Shown piece after piece: positions 51,970-62,330 of a stretch of 64,000 nt of DNA; the stretch's first letter is position 1, and each line of letters starts with the position of its first letter. A program made the position numbers and the translations under genes. The stretch comes from Acidobacteriota bacterium. GTDB taxonomy: Bacteria; Acidobacteriota; Vicinamibacteria; Vicinamibacterales; UBA8438. The notes beneath the pieces are model-generated. The model did no database searches, had not been told where the DNA came from, and was given only the letters and a program-made list of their open reading frames with translations. The DNA lies in contig DQNS01000041.1 in NCBI GenBank assembly GCA_015659035.1, positions 10-64,009 on the forward strand, in the 5' to 3' direction.

Positions 51970-52842
51970 TTACTGGGCCACGACGGCCCGCACATCGCGC
52001 GCGCACCGGACGCCGATGTTGCTGGTCTGTCCGGTCTGCGCAAACGGCAGACGCACCGACGTCCGCAACGCCGCCGGAAAGTTCAACCAGGACCCGCCCC
52101 GGGCGATGCGGGCATAGCCGGTGGCCGCCCCGGGCGGATCGATGGACGGCGACGACCCATAGTAATCGTCGTCGAGCCAGCCGCCGACCCACTCCCAAAC
52201 GTTGCCCGCCATGTCGTAGAGCCCGAAATCGTTGGGCGGGAACGACCGCACCGGCCCCGTGTTCAGCCACCCGTCCGCGCCGCCGGTCGCGCCGGCGCAG
52301 CACTGCTCGGCGCCATAGTTGGCCCGGTCCCGGGACGCCTCGTTCCCCCACCCATAGACCAGCCCCATCCGACCGCCGCGCGCGGCGTACTCCCACTCGG
52401 CCTCGGTGGGTAGACGGACGCCGGCCCAGGCGCAAAAGGCGACCGCATCGTCCCAGCTCAGCAGGACGACCGGATGCCGGTCGGTCTGGCGATAGTCCGG
52501 TTCCGGCGGAGACGGATACCCGGTGTCCAGGGGGAACCGGGCGTACTGCCCAACGGTGACCTCGGCGGCCATCAACTCGAACGGCTGAAGAAACGTGACC
52601 TCGTGGCGCGGGTGCTCGTTGTCGAGACAGCTGGTGTCGGCCTCGACGCAGCCCATGAGGAACGTGCCGGCCGGCACACGGACCCATCCGAGACCCGCCG
52701 CCACCTGGAGGGCGCCGTTCGGTGCCACGGTGCCGCGAGACGTCGCGGCCGCGACCACAGCGGTACCAAGAACGACCAGCGCAACAGGCCCCGCGACGAC
52801 CAGCATCATCAGGACAACGGCCACACCAAGTCTTCGCATCAC
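51970..52842 (-). CDS. formylglycine-generating-enzyme (SUMF1) family protein with N-terminal anchor
   Basis: [15 protein letters not shown] and [10 protein letters not shown] motifs. Confidence 0.8.
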   Translation of the reverse strand: MMRRLGVAVVLMMLVVAGPVALVVLGTAVVAAATSRGTVAPNGALQVAAGLGWVRVPAGTFLMGCVEADTSCLDNEHPRHEVTFLQPFELMAAEVTVGQYARFPLDTGYPSPPEPDYRQTDRHPVVLLSWDDAVAFCAWAGVRLPTEAEWEYAARGGRMGLVYGWGNEASRDRANYGAEQCCAGATGGADGWLNTGPVRSFPPNDFGLYDMAGNVWEWVGGWLDDDYYGSSPSIDPPGAATGYARIARGGSWLNFPAALRTSVRLPFAQTGQTSNIGVRCARDVRAVVAQ

Positions 52843-52895
52843 TCGGTGCTCATGTCAGTCTGTGCCAAAGTCCAAAGCCTGTGCCCCCCAGAACC

Positions 52896-54767
52896 TCACC
52901 ACCCGATGGCATACATCATCCGGCGTGGGTCGGCGCCGGCCACCATCGTGCCGGTCTCCGGGTTCCTCAGGATCCCCTGCATGTTGCCGATGGAGTACTC
53001 CCGGACCGACTGCGCGTCGTGCCCCATCTCCGACAACCGGCTGATGACGAACGGCGCCACCCGGCCCTCCACACGCACGGTCACGTCGGCGCCCGGCTTG
53101 TAGAAACTCGGGGCCGCGCTCAGCGAGATACGGGGTGCCTCGATCGCCTCCTGGATACCCATACGGAAATCGATCACGTTCAACAGGACCTGAAACTGGG
53201 TCTGCCCGATCGTCTCCCCGCCCGGGGTACCCAGCGCGAGGAAGAACTCGCCGTCCTTCAGGACCAGCGTCGGCGAGTTGTTGAGAATCGGAATCTGACC
53301 GCCACGCACGTAATTCACATCGTCCGGATACGGCGAGGTCGAGCCGATCCTGGTGCCGTTGTTGAGAAACAATCCGGTGCTCCCCACCACGACCCCGGTG
53401 CCCCATCCGCTGCCGAGGGTCGGGGTAGCGACGACGACGTTCCCCCAGCGATCGACGATCGAGAAGCTGGTCGTGCTGCCGGGGTAGGCGGTCTCTGCGA
53501 GCGTCGGTCCGCTAGCCGCGCCGAGCAACGCCGACGTTGACGTCATCGGCGACGACTGGGCCCCGGGCGGCGTGCCGTGGTCGGGGTAGGACATCGCGTG
53601 ATCGGGCGAGATCAGTATCCGCCGTGTGTCGGCGAACGCCTTGGAGGTCATGCCGGCGGTCGGCATGTCGGCGTGCTTCGGGTCGGTCACGAAGTGATAG
53701 ATGTCCGACTTGGCGACCTTGATCGACTCGGCGATCAGATGCAGCGCCGTGGCCGAGTTGTGCCCAAGCGAGGCCAAGTCGAAGCCCTCGATCAGGTTGA
53801 GCTGCATCACGACCTCCAGCCCGCCACGTGACGTCGCGGGGCTCGAGTAGACGTCGTAGCCGCGGTAGGTCGTGTGGACCGGCTCCGTCCAGATCGGCTC
53901 GTAGGCCGCGAAATCAGCGCGTGTGAACAGCCCGCCGTCACGCTGATAGAACCGGGCCATCTCGCGGGCGATATCGCCTCGGTAGAACCGGTTGAACGCG
54001 GCGCGCAGACCGGTCTCGCGTGACACCCCGTCGAGCCGCGCGGTCTCCTCGGCCTCCACCAGCTTGTGGAACGTTCTGGCCAGATCCGGGTATCTGAAGA
54101 GCTGTCCCACGACCGGCGCCTTACCATCCGGCAGAAACACTGCGGCGGTCGAGGGATACCGCTCGAGCAGCTCCCGGGAGCGGCTGATCGAGGTAGCGAC
54201 GAACGCGTCCAGTGGATGACCGCGCTCGGCGTACTCGATCGCCGGTTCGAGCACCTGGCCGAGCGTCATCGTGCCGAACCGCTCCAGCACCGCGATCCAG
54301 CCGCCGAACAACCCCGGTACCACCCCGGCCTTCATGCCGCGGTTCAGCTCTTCCGGCGTGATCGTCGCCGCATCGAGCGCCTTCGGCGCCGCGCCGGTGG
54401 CATTCAGCGAGTAGACGCGGTCGGTCTCGGCGTCATAGATCGTCATGAAGCCATTGCCACCGGCGCCCGACATCATCGGCTCGACCTGGTTCAGGGTCGC
54501 CAGCACTGTCACGGCGGCGTCGGCGGCGGTCCCACCCTGCATCAGGATCCGCATGCCGGCCATCGCGGCAAGCGGGTGACCGGCCGTGATCAGCCCGTGG
54601 ACACCCGGCACCGCCGGTCGGTGCGCCACGAGCCCGTCGGTGATCGGATCGGCGCTCAGCGCCGGTGCCGGATCGGTGGCTTCGACGACCGCCGGCACTT
54701 CACCGGCGCAACCGGCGGTGAAGATGACCACGGCGAGCAACATGGTGGACGTGCGGAAGTGCAACAT
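52896..54767 (-). CDS. ggt: gamma-glutamyltransferase (lipoprotein-type signal)
   Basis: GGTAADAAV, MSGAGGNGFM, and autoprocessing site GSTTSFSIVD. Confidence 0.9.
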   Translation of the reverse strand: MLHFRTSTMLLAVVIFTAGCAGEVPAVVEATDPAPALSADPITDGLVAHRPAVPGVHGLITAGHPLAAMAGMRILMQGGTAADAAVTVLATLNQVEPMMSGAGGNGFMTIYDAETDRVYSLNATGAAPKALDAATITPEELNRGMKAGVVPGLFGGWIAVLERFGTMTLGQVLEPAIEYAERGHPLDAFVATSISRSRELLERYPSTAAVFLPDGKAPVVGQLFRYPDLARTFHKLVEAEETARLDGVSRETGLRAAFNRFYRGDIAREMARFYQRDGGLFTRADFAAYEPIWTEPVHTTYRGYDVYSSPATSRGGLEVVMQLNLIEGFDLASLGHNSATALHLIAESIKVAKSDIYHFVTDPKHADMPTAGMTSKAFADTRRILISPDHAMSYPDHGTPPGAQSSPMTSTSALLGAASGPTLAETAYPGSTTSFSIVDRWGNVVVATPTLGSGWGTGVVVGSTGLFLNNGTRIGSTSPYPDDVNYVRGGQIPILNNSPTLVLKDGEFFLALGTPGGETIGQTQFQVLLNVIDFRMGIQEAIEAPRISLSAAPSFYKPGADVTVRVEGRVAPFVISRLSEMGHDAQSVREYSIGNMQGILRNPETGTMVAGADPRRMMYAIGW

Positions 54768-54803
54768 CGGGAGCCTCCTCTCGAGTCCAATCGGTCGACG
54801 CCG

Positions 54804-55265
54804 CTACGGCCGTCGGACCGCGACGCCCATCACCTCGAACCGCGCGCCCCGTAGCAAGGCGCCTGACCCGACAAACGCCCGGGCGGGCGGGTCGCTCGTG
54901 AAGTAGCTGGTGTACACCGCATTGAAATCGGCGTAGTGGGCCACGTCGGAACAGAACACCTGGACGCTGACGAGATCGTCCATCGTCATCCCGGCCTCCT
55001 CGAGCACCGACTTGATCCCATCGAGCACGTTCCGGGCTTCCTGCCGCGGCTCCGCGGGAGGTTGCCCGGTCTCCGGGTCCATGCCCAGCCGACCGGAGAG
55101 ATAGAGCGTGTCACCGGCCAGCACCGCGTCGCTGAACGGTGCCTGGGTGGTGCGCCCCGGCAGATTGATTGCGCGTCGCTCCGGCTGCGCCGACACCGAC
55201 CCGAGCCCGCCGACAACGACACCGCCCAGGACGAGACCCGCAACGAAGATGTGCAACGTTCTCAT
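54804..55265 (-). CDS. RidA/YjgF family protein with N-terminal signal peptide
   Basis: Signal-like MRTLHIFVAGLVLGGVVVGGLGSVSAQ. RidA-like core ending in RFEVMGVAV. Confidence 0.75.
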   Translation of the reverse strand: MRTLHIFVAGLVLGGVVVGGLGSVSAQPERRAINLPGRTTQAPFSDAVLAGDTLYLSGRLGMDPETGQPPAEPRQEARNVLDGIKSVLEEAGMTMDDLVSVQVFCSDVAHYADFNAVYTSYFTSDPPARAFVGSGALLRGARFEVMGVAVRRP

Positions 55266-56251
55266 GACTCCTTCCCCTCCATCATCAGGACCGTCGAACC
55301 GGTTGTCTTCCGCGCTTCCAGGTCACGATGCGCCTGCGCCGCATCCTTGAGCGCGAACATCTGGCTCACCTCCACTTTGACGGCGCCGCTTAGCACGACG
55401 TCGAACAGCTCGGTCGTGGCCGCGTCAAGCTCCTCGCGTGTGCCGATATAGGTGGCCAACGTCGGCCGGGTCAGGAACAGCGAGCCTTTCGCCGCCAGGA
55501 CCCCCGGGCTGAACGGCTCGACCGCGCCGGACGCATTGCCGTAGCTGACCATCAGCCCGCGCGGCTGTAGACAATCGAGCGACGCCATGAACGTGTCCCG
55601 CCCGACCGAGTCGAACACCACCGGCACCCCCGCACCGTCGGTCAGCGCTTTGACCCGCTCGACGACGTTCTCCCGGGTGTAGACGATCGGATGGTCGCAT
55701 CCGTGGGCCCGCGCCAGCTCCGCCTTCTCGTCGCTGCCGACCGTGCCGATGACCGTCGCGCCGAGATGCTTCGCCCACTGACAAGCGATGAGCCCGACCC
55801 CACCGGCCGCGGCATGCAGCAGGATGGTGTCCCCCGCCTTGACCGGGTAGATCCGCCGCACGAGATACTGCACCGTGCACCCCTTGAGCATCATCGCCGC
55901 CGCCTGCTGGTCGGTGATACCGTCGGGGACTCGGACGAGCCGCGCCGCATCGACCAATCGCTGCTCGGCGTAGCCGCCCAAGCTCATGCAATAGGCCACC
56001 CGGTCGCCGACGCGCACCTCCGACACCCCGTCGCCCACCGCCTCCACCACACCGGCGCCTTCGTTGCCGATGACGGCCGGCATCGCCGGGACCGGGTACA
56101 ATCCGGTGCGGTGATACACGTCGATGAAATTGAGACCGGCCGCCGTCTGCCGGATCAGCGCCTGACCGGTCCCCGGTGTACCGGGGTCCACCTCGTCCCA
56201 GCGCAACACTTCGGGACCACCGTGCTCGTGAATGCGAATCGCTCTCGTCAT
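55262..56251 (-). CDS. NADPH:quinone oxidoreductase-like MDR dehydrogenase
   Basis: GNEGAGVVEAVG and AAAGGVGL nucleotide-binding motifs. Confidence 0.85.
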   Translation of the reverse strand: MTRAIRIHEHGGPEVLRWDEVDPGTPGTGQALIRQTAAGLNFIDVYHRTGLYPVPAMPAVIGNEGAGVVEAVGDGVSEVRVGDRVAYCMSLGGYAEQRLVDAARLVRVPDGITDQQAAAMMLKGCTVQYLVRRIYPVKAGDTILLHAAAGGVGLIACQWAKHLGATVIGTVGSDEKAELARAHGCDHPIVYTRENVVERVKALTDGAGVPVVFDSVGRDTFMASLDCLQPRGLMVSYGNASGAVEPFSPGVLAAKGSLFLTRPTLATYIGTREELDAATTELFDVVLSGAVKVEVSQMFALKDAAQAHRDLEARKTTGSTVLMMEGKES

Positions 56252-56430
56252 GTGTCTGCTCCAGCCTCCTTGGAGCCCGCAGCATCGTGGGCACCGGAAT
56301 CATATCTGCGCGGCCGGTCGGCTCTCAACCGCCCACCCGGCGTGATCTCTTGACTGCTACCTTCTGACCTCTGTCTTCTTGACGCGCGCGAGAGTGACAA
56401 GACGTGCGTCTTTGGGCACACTGTGACGGC

Positions 56431-57780
56431 ATGACACGTTCCGCCTTCGACACGCACCACGCGCCGGACCCGGCGCTGGTCGCCGATTGCGTACATTGCG
56501 GATTCTGTCTGCCAACCTGCCCGACCTACCTGCTCTGGGGCCGGGAGACCGACTCGCCGCGGGGCCGGATCGCGCTCATCAAGGGCGGGCTCGCAGGCGA
56601 GACGACCATCACGGACCGCTTCATCCACCATTTCGACACCTGTCTGGGCTGCATGGCCTGTGTCACCGCCTGCCCATCCGGGGTGCAATACGACAAGCTG
56701 ATCGAGGCCACGCGACCGCAGATCGAGCGGCAGGGCGACCGGACGCTGGGGGACCGACTGTTTCGGCGGATCATCTTCGGGTTGTTCCCGTACCCCGGTC
56801 GTCTACGACTCGCCGCCGTGACGCTGTGGGCGTATCAGCGGCTCGGTCTGCAACAGTTGGTCCGCACGACCGGCCTGTTGCACCTGCTGCCGGCACGGCT
56901 GCGCGCCATGGAGGCGGTGCTGCCGGCCGTGTCGCTCCGCCGGGCCTGGTCGAACCCGCCCGTCCGGGTGCCGGCCAGCGGCGAGCGGCGCCGCCGGGTC
57001 GGGCTGCTGCTCGGCTGCGTACAGCGGGTCTTCTTCGACGAGGTGAACGCCGCGACCATCCGGGTGCTGGCAGCGGAGGGCTGCGAGGTCGTCATCCCGC
57101 GGTCCCAGGGCTGCTGCGGCGCGTTGATGCTGCACAGCGGGCTCGAGGCAGACGCGGCAGAGATGGCGCGACGCTTCATCGACGCGTTCGAGGCGGAAGC
57201 GGCCGACGTCGACACCATCGTGATCAACGCCGCCGGCTGCGGCTCGACACTGAAGCAGTACGGCCATCTGCTCCGGGACGACCCGGTCTACGCCGAGCGG
57301 GCGCGCGCGCTGGCCGTTAAGTGCACCGACATCTCGGAGCTGCTCGACGAGCTGGAGCCTCGGGCACCGCGGCACCCGGTGCCGCTCCGGATCGCCTACC
57401 ACGACGCCTGCCACCTGCAGCACGCGCAAGGCGTGACCGAAGAGCCCCGACGGGTGCTACGGACGATCCCGGGTCTGGAGCTGTGCGAGATCCCGGAAGC
57501 GGACATCTGCTGCGGCTCGGCCGGCGTCTACAACCTGGTCGAGCCACACACCGCCGTCGAGCTCGGTGACCGCAAGGCCCGCCACATCCTGACGACCCGC
57601 GCCGACGCGGTGGTGTCGAGCAACCCGGGCTGCCTGCTGCAGATCGCGAGTCGGTTGGAGCAGGCGGGACAGCCGACCCGGTCATATCACCTGGTCGAGC
57701 TGCTGGACGCGTCGATCAAGGGAGAGGCGATTGCGCTTCCAACGAACGGCCTTGAGCCGAGGCAGGCGCGCCAAGATTAG
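56431..57780 (+). CDS. glcF: glycolate oxidase Fe-S subunit (CCG-domain protein)
   Basis: Two 4Fe-4S motifs (CVHCGFCLPTCP, CLGCMACVTACP) and two CCG cysteine-rich repeats. Confidence 0.8.
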   Translation: MTRSAFDTHHAPDPALVADCVHCGFCLPTCPTYLLWGRETDSPRGRIALIKGGLAGETTITDRFIHHFDTCLGCMACVTACPSGVQYDKLIEATRPQIERQGDRTLGDRLFRRIIFGLFPYPGRLRLAAVTLWAYQRLGLQQLVRTTGLLHLLPARLRAMEAVLPAVSLRRAWSNPPVRVPASGERRRRVGLLLGCVQRVFFDEVNAATIRVLAAEGCEVVIPRSQGCCGALMLHSGLEADAAEMARRFIDAFEAEAADVDTIVINAAGCGSTLKQYGHLLRDDPVYAERARALAVKCTDISELLDELEPRAPRHPVPLRIAYHDACHLQHAQGVTEEPRRVLRTIPGLELCEIPEADICCGSAGVYNLVEPHTAVELGDRKARHILTTRADAVVSSNPGCLLQIASRLEQAGQPTRSYHLVELLDASIKGEAIALPTNGLEPRQARQD

Positions 57781-57983
57781 TGTCCCGTGTCAGAAATTCG
57801 GGTTAAAGCCAGTCAAATGGTGGTCTATGGACCAATGCCTCGGTAGATACCTTTGGCCTTTCGAGGAGGAACCTGGAGTGTCATGGAGACACTGAAGTAA
57901 AAGGCACCCTCAAGAGCCATTGGCCCCCAGCTCCCTTACCCAAAAAGGAGAGAGGTGCATCATCCCAGGACCCTGGCTCGCAC

Positions 57984-59264
57984 TCACAGCCCGCCTGGAC
58001 CGCGACCGGGGTTCAGCGTGTTCGTGGGATCGAAGCGGCGCTTGACCTCCTGCATAATCCGCAGACCGTCGCCAACTCGACCCCAGACATCGACCAGCGC
58101 CTTCAGCTTGGGGTCGGCGCGCGAGATCACCGCGCTGCCGCGGCCGACCGGAAATCGCTCGCGCAGGGTGGTGACCAGCGATGCCTGTTCCGACACCGAG
58201 CCGTTCAGCCCGAGATACAACACCCCGAGACCGGCGCGGCCGGTCGCCACGTAGTCGAGCTGCCGCCTCTTCGCGGCGTCGTCCAGCCAGGCGAGAGTGG
58301 ACGACACCTTGCTCGGCACGACTACGAGCTTCACGATCGTCCCCTCCCGGTCGAACACACGGGCGTCGTGCTCGCGCCAGGCCACGGTCTCGTCCTCCCC
58401 GGCCAGGACGACCACTGTACCGCCGTGGCCCCGGGCCAGCGTGGCGGCCTGCTCCGCCTGCTCGACCGCCACCGTCTCGACCGACTCGAACCGGATGAGC
58501 ATCGTCGCGGGGGGCGTCGCCAGTTCCAGCGCCGTCGGCGTGGAGGCGTGCGTGCGCAGATCGGCAACAAGCGGACCACACTGCGCGGTCGCGGGAAACT
58601 CCACCGACACCGTCCGCGAGGCCTCCGCCAGCGGCGCGAGCTTGAAGGTCGCGGTCAGGATGACCCCGAGACACCCGAACGAGCCGGTCAGCAGCCGCGC
58701 CAGGTCGTACCCAGCAACGTTCTTCACCACGATGCCGCCGGTCTTCGCCAGTAGGCCATCGGCTCGCGCCAGCGTCATCCCGATGATCAGGTCGCGCGGC
58801 GCTCCGTGACGCTGGCGGCGCGGCCCGCTGTCGTTCGCGGCGACGATCCCGCCGATCGTGGCCCGATCACTCCAGGGCGGGTCAAGCGGCAGCCACTGGC
58901 GGTGCCGGCTCAGGACGGCATTCGTCTCGGCGAGCGTCGCGCCGGCCTCCACCGTGGCGGTCAGGTCGCCGTGGCGATGCTTGACCACCGCGTTCATCGC
59001 CGTGGTCGACAACAGGAGGTCGACCGGTCCAGGTGGCGGCCCCCAGCCCAGCTTGGTGCCCCCGCCCCGCACGACCACGGTGCGCCCGGTCTCGGTCGCC
59101 CAGGCAAGCGTCTTCGCGAGCGCGTCGGGCGTCGCCGGCGTGGCGACGACACTGGGCACGACGCCGTCGATGGCGTCGGCTGCCGATCCCGGACGCGCGA
59201 CACCGGCGCCGGCCGCGCCCACCTCGGCTACGATGGCGTCGCGTGAGGGTGACCGGCTCGTCAT
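57984..59264 (-). CDS. glcE: FAD-binding PCMH-type oxidoreductase subunit (GlcE-like)
   Basis: VVVRGGGTKLGWG FAD-binding region. Adjacent to glcD. Confidence 0.7.
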   Translation of the reverse strand: MTSRSPSRDAIVAEVGAAGAGVARPGSAADAIDGVVPSVVATPATPDALAKTLAWATETGRTVVVRGGGTKLGWGPPPGPVDLLLSTTAMNAVVKHRHGDLTATVEAGATLAETNAVLSRHRQWLPLDPPWSDRATIGGIVAANDSGPRRQRHGAPRDLIIGMTLARADGLLAKTGGIVVKNVAGYDLARLLTGSFGCLGVILTATFKLAPLAEASRTVSVEFPATAQCGPLVADLRTHASTPTALELATPPATMLIRFESVETVAVEQAEQAATLARGHGGTVVVLAGEDETVAWREHDARVFDREGTIVKLVVVPSKVSSTLAWLDDAAKRRQLDYVATGRAGLGVLYLGLNGSVSEQASLVTTLRERFPVGRGSAVISRADPKLKALVDVWGRVGDGLRIMQEVKRRFDPTNTLNPGRGPGGL

Positions 59265-59285
59265 TCACTGTCCCGTGGGAGGATC

Positions 59286-60734
59286 TCAGACACGATCGGC
59301 GAGACCCGCAATCTCCGTCGGGTGGGCGCGATACGGCCCAGGAACCTCGCCGCACAGACGCGGGGTGGGAAACAGCTTGCCGGGGTTGCAGAGCTGGCCG
59401 GGGTCGAACGACGCACGCACGAACTGCATCGTCTCGAGATCCTCGGCGGTGAACATCTTCGGCATGTGACACGCCTTGTCGGCGCCGATGCCGTGTTCGC
59501 CGGTCAGCGAGCCGCCGACATCGAGACAGTAAGTCAGGATCTGGGTGGCGACCTGTTCCGCGAGGTCGGCCTGACCGTCGACCGCGTCGTCGTAGCAGAC
59601 GAGCGGGTGCAGATTGCCGTCGCCCGCGTGGAACACGTTGCCGATCGTGAGCCCGGACTCGATCTCGAGCTGACGGATCCGCCGAAGCACCTCCGGCAGC
59701 TTGCTCCGCGGGATGACGCCGTCCTGGACGTAGTAGTTGGGGGCGATTCGCCCCATCGCGGCGAAGGCCGCCTTGCGCCCCATCCAGATCCGGCCCCGCT
59801 GCGCCTCGTCGCGCGCCACCTGCAGACCCCAGCCGTCGTTCCGGACGCACACCGCCTCGACCTGTGCGAACAGGGCCGCCACCTCGCTCTGCGGTCCGTC
59901 GAGCTCGACGATCAGCACCGCCTCGGCATCGGGGAACCCGGGGTGTACCGCCGCCTCGGCGGCCCGGATCGTGGTGCGGTCCATCATCTCGATCGCCGCC
60001 GGGATGATCCCGGCCGAGATGATCTCGGACACCGCGTTCCCTGCGGCGTCGGTCGAATCGAACGCCGCTAGCAACGTCTGCACCGCCTCGGGGCGGCGGA
60101 CCAGCCGGAGCGTGACCTTGGTGACCACTGCCAGCGTGCCCTCCGACCCGACGAGCACCCCCAGCAGATCGAGCCCTGGACTGTCGAGCGCCTGGCCGCC
60201 CAGGTGCACCAACTCACCATCCGGAAGCACCGCCTCGACCCCGAGCACGTGATGGACCGTGAACCCGTACTTGAGGCAATGAGCGCCCCCGGAGTTCTCG
60301 GCGACGTTGCCTCCGATGGAGCAAATGACCTGGCTGGACGGGTCGGGTGCGTAGTAGTAACCGGCGGACGCCACCCGCCGGGTCACCTCCAGATTCGTCA
60401 CCCCGGGCTCGACCGTGATCCGCTGGTTCGGAAGGTCGATGTCGAGCACCCGGTTCAACCGGGTCATGACAATCAGCACACCATCGGGATGCGGCAACGC
60501 GCCGCCCGACAACCCGGTGCCTGAACCACGCGCCACGAACGGCACCTTCGACCGATGACAGAGCCGGACCACCCGCTGCACCTGGTCCACCGTGTCGGGC
60601 AGCACCGCCGCCGCCGGCCGCTCTCGCAGACGGACCAGCGCGTCCGACTCGTAGGTCAGCAACTCGCCGGCGTCCCGGACCAACGCGTCCGGTCCGACAA
60701 TCCGCTCGAGCTCGGCCAGGAAAAGGGACTCCAT
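59286..60734 (-). CDS. glcD: FAD-linked glycolate/D-lactate oxidase subunit (GlcD-like)
   Basis: FVARGSGTGLSGG FAD motif and C-terminal GEHGIG. Start at ATG 60734 (MESLFLAELERIVG). Confidence 0.85.
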   Translation of the reverse strand: MESLFLAELERIVGPDALVRDAGELLTYESDALVRLRERPAAAVLPDTVDQVQRVVRLCHRSKVPFVARGSGTGLSGGALPHPDGVLIVMTRLNRVLDIDLPNQRITVEPGVTNLEVTRRVASAGYYYAPDPSSQVICSIGGNVAENSGGAHCLKYGFTVHHVLGVEAVLPDGELVHLGGQALDSPGLDLLGVLVGSEGTLAVVTKVTLRLVRRPEAVQTLLAAFDSTDAAGNAVSEIISAGIIPAAIEMMDRTTIRAAEAAVHPGFPDAEAVLIVELDGPQSEVAALFAQVEAVCVRNDGWGLQVARDEAQRGRIWMGRKAAFAAMGRIAPNYYVQDGVIPRSKLPEVLRRIRQLEIESGLTIGNVFHAGDGNLHPLVCYDDAVDGQADLAEQVATQILTYCLDVGGSLTGEHGIGADKACHMPKMFTAEDLETMQFVRASFDPGQLCNPGKLFPTPRLCGEVPGPYRAHPTEIAGLADRV

Positions 60735-60743
60735 ACAACTCAC

Positions 60744-60852
60744 AGGAGCCAGGAGACAGGAGCCAGGAGACAGGAGCGAACGGATGGGCTTCGCCCTATT
60801 TCTTGAAACCGCGGCAGCATCAGACTTCCTCCTGTCTCCGTCTCCTGGCTCC
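60744..60852. repeat. R1 family, complete two-armed copy
   Basis: Left arm GGAGCCAGGAGACAGGAGCCAGGAGACAGGAG, centre GGGCTTCGCCC, right arm CTCCTGTCTCCGTCTCCTGGCTCC. The arms are complementary. Confidence 0.8.
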
Positions 60853-60859
60853 TTCGGGC

Positions 60860-62314
60860 CTACGGCGTGGCGTACAGGTCGATGACACGCTCGATCGCCC
60901 GGCTGCACACGCGGCAGAACCCAACCGGGTTACGCGTGAACATGATGCAATCGACCTCGGGTCGATACAGGCCGGTCGATTCATAGGAGGCCCCCTCGAA
61001 CGCCCCGACCGTGCCGGCATGCTCCATCCCACCGAGCAACGCGGTTTCGCGCTCCATCTGCTCGGTGAACAGCTCGTCCATCGCCGTCTCGGGGGCGCCG
61101 TCGGCCCGCAGCCCGCGGCGCTTCTGTTGGGCCGCGACGCTCCCGGCCTCGAACAGATCTTTGTCCCACGGCGTCGGCACCGGGACATCCACCCCGATCA
61201 GATCGCCCCACTTCACGCCAGCGGGGTCGTGCAGCGCGGTGACGTTCGGCTCCCACGGCTCCGGGTGATACGCCGCGCCGGTCTCGTAGGCCACGTCCGA
61301 CGTGTAGTACTCGTCGGCCAGCCCGGCGAAGTGATGACCGAACTCGTGGATGAACACGTACTCGGCGAACCCGGTGTCGGCCGCCGCCGTCGCCTGGAAA
61401 TTGAAGATCCCGCCACCGCCGTACTGCGCCTCGTTGACGAGAATCTCGAGAAACTCGTACGGGGCCGCCGACGCCGCGTCCCGGAGGGCTCGGTTGTCGT
61501 AGGTCAGGACGTAGCGCTCCGAATCGAAGATGTTGTACTCGGCCGACAACGGCGTCCGACGGAACTGCCCGGCGCGTGGCCGGCTGACACCGGACTCGGC
61601 CGACGGCAGGTCGAGCCCCCACACGTTGAAGTCACCCTTCCGGCTCCGGAACGGCTCCTCGTCGAACAACGCGTTCACGAGCCGGGTCGCATCGGCATGG
61701 AACTTGGGAATCTCTGCCACGGTGTAGCCCTCGCCGATCACCAGCAGGTCGACCTTCTCGGACGGCGAGCCGTTCTCGAACAGCGGCCAGACCTCGCCCA
61801 TCGGCTCCCGGTCGGTCGAGTTGACAAACCGCGAGTCCGGGTCGATCACGACAGACCAAATCTCGTGGAAGCTGTTCTCGGTATCGCGGGCCTTCAACAC
61901 CACCTGGACCGGCGCCTTCGGCCAGGGGAACCGCAGCGACTCACGAAAGCTCCGGTAGACCTCCCGGGACTCGGCGGTGGTCTCCCACTCGCCGTAGATC
62001 GACGCGAACCCACGCGAGTACAGGACCCGGTTCGTTCGCCGGTCGAGCACTTCGAACAGATACTTCCCCAGGTTCAGACCGTCGACCAGCCGCGTGCGGC
62101 TACCGGCCCACGGCCCGTCCGAGACCACCTGGTCCAACCCGATGATCTCCTGACCCAGCCCGCCCGAGTGGACGTAGTCGACCCGCATCGTCTTGCCCCG
62201 GAAGAAGGTGTCGAAGTCGGGCGGCGCCTGACCGGCGGTCTGGCCACCAAGCGCGAGTGTGACGGCCAGGGCGGCGGGGAGGCCGGCGGTGAACCGATGT
62301 CGAGAGCGAGTCAT
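60860..62314 (-). CDS. M64-family (IgA-peptidase-like) secreted metallopeptidase
   Basis: Signal peptide, then FIHEFGHHFAGLADEY HExxH..E motif. Confidence 0.8.
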   Translation of the reverse strand: MTRSRHRFTAGLPAALAVTLALGGQTAGQAPPDFDTFFRGKTMRVDYVHSGGLGQEIIGLDQVVSDGPWAGSRTRLVDGLNLGKYLFEVLDRRTNRVLYSRGFASIYGEWETTAESREVYRSFRESLRFPWPKAPVQVVLKARDTENSFHEIWSVVIDPDSRFVNSTDREPMGEVWPLFENGSPSEKVDLLVIGEGYTVAEIPKFHADATRLVNALFDEEPFRSRKGDFNVWGLDLPSAESGVSRPRAGQFRRTPLSAEYNIFDSERYVLTYDNRALRDAASAAPYEFLEILVNEAQYGGGGIFNFQATAAADTGFAEYVFIHEFGHHFAGLADEYYTSDVAYETGAAYHPEPWEPNVTALHDPAGVKWGDLIGVDVPVPTPWDKDLFEAGSVAAQQKRRGLRADGAPETAMDELFTEQMERETALLGGMEHAGTVGAFEGASYESTGLYRPEVDCIMFTRNPVGFCRVCSRAIERVIDLYATP

Positions 62315-62330
62315 GGCGATATTCTAGCAG

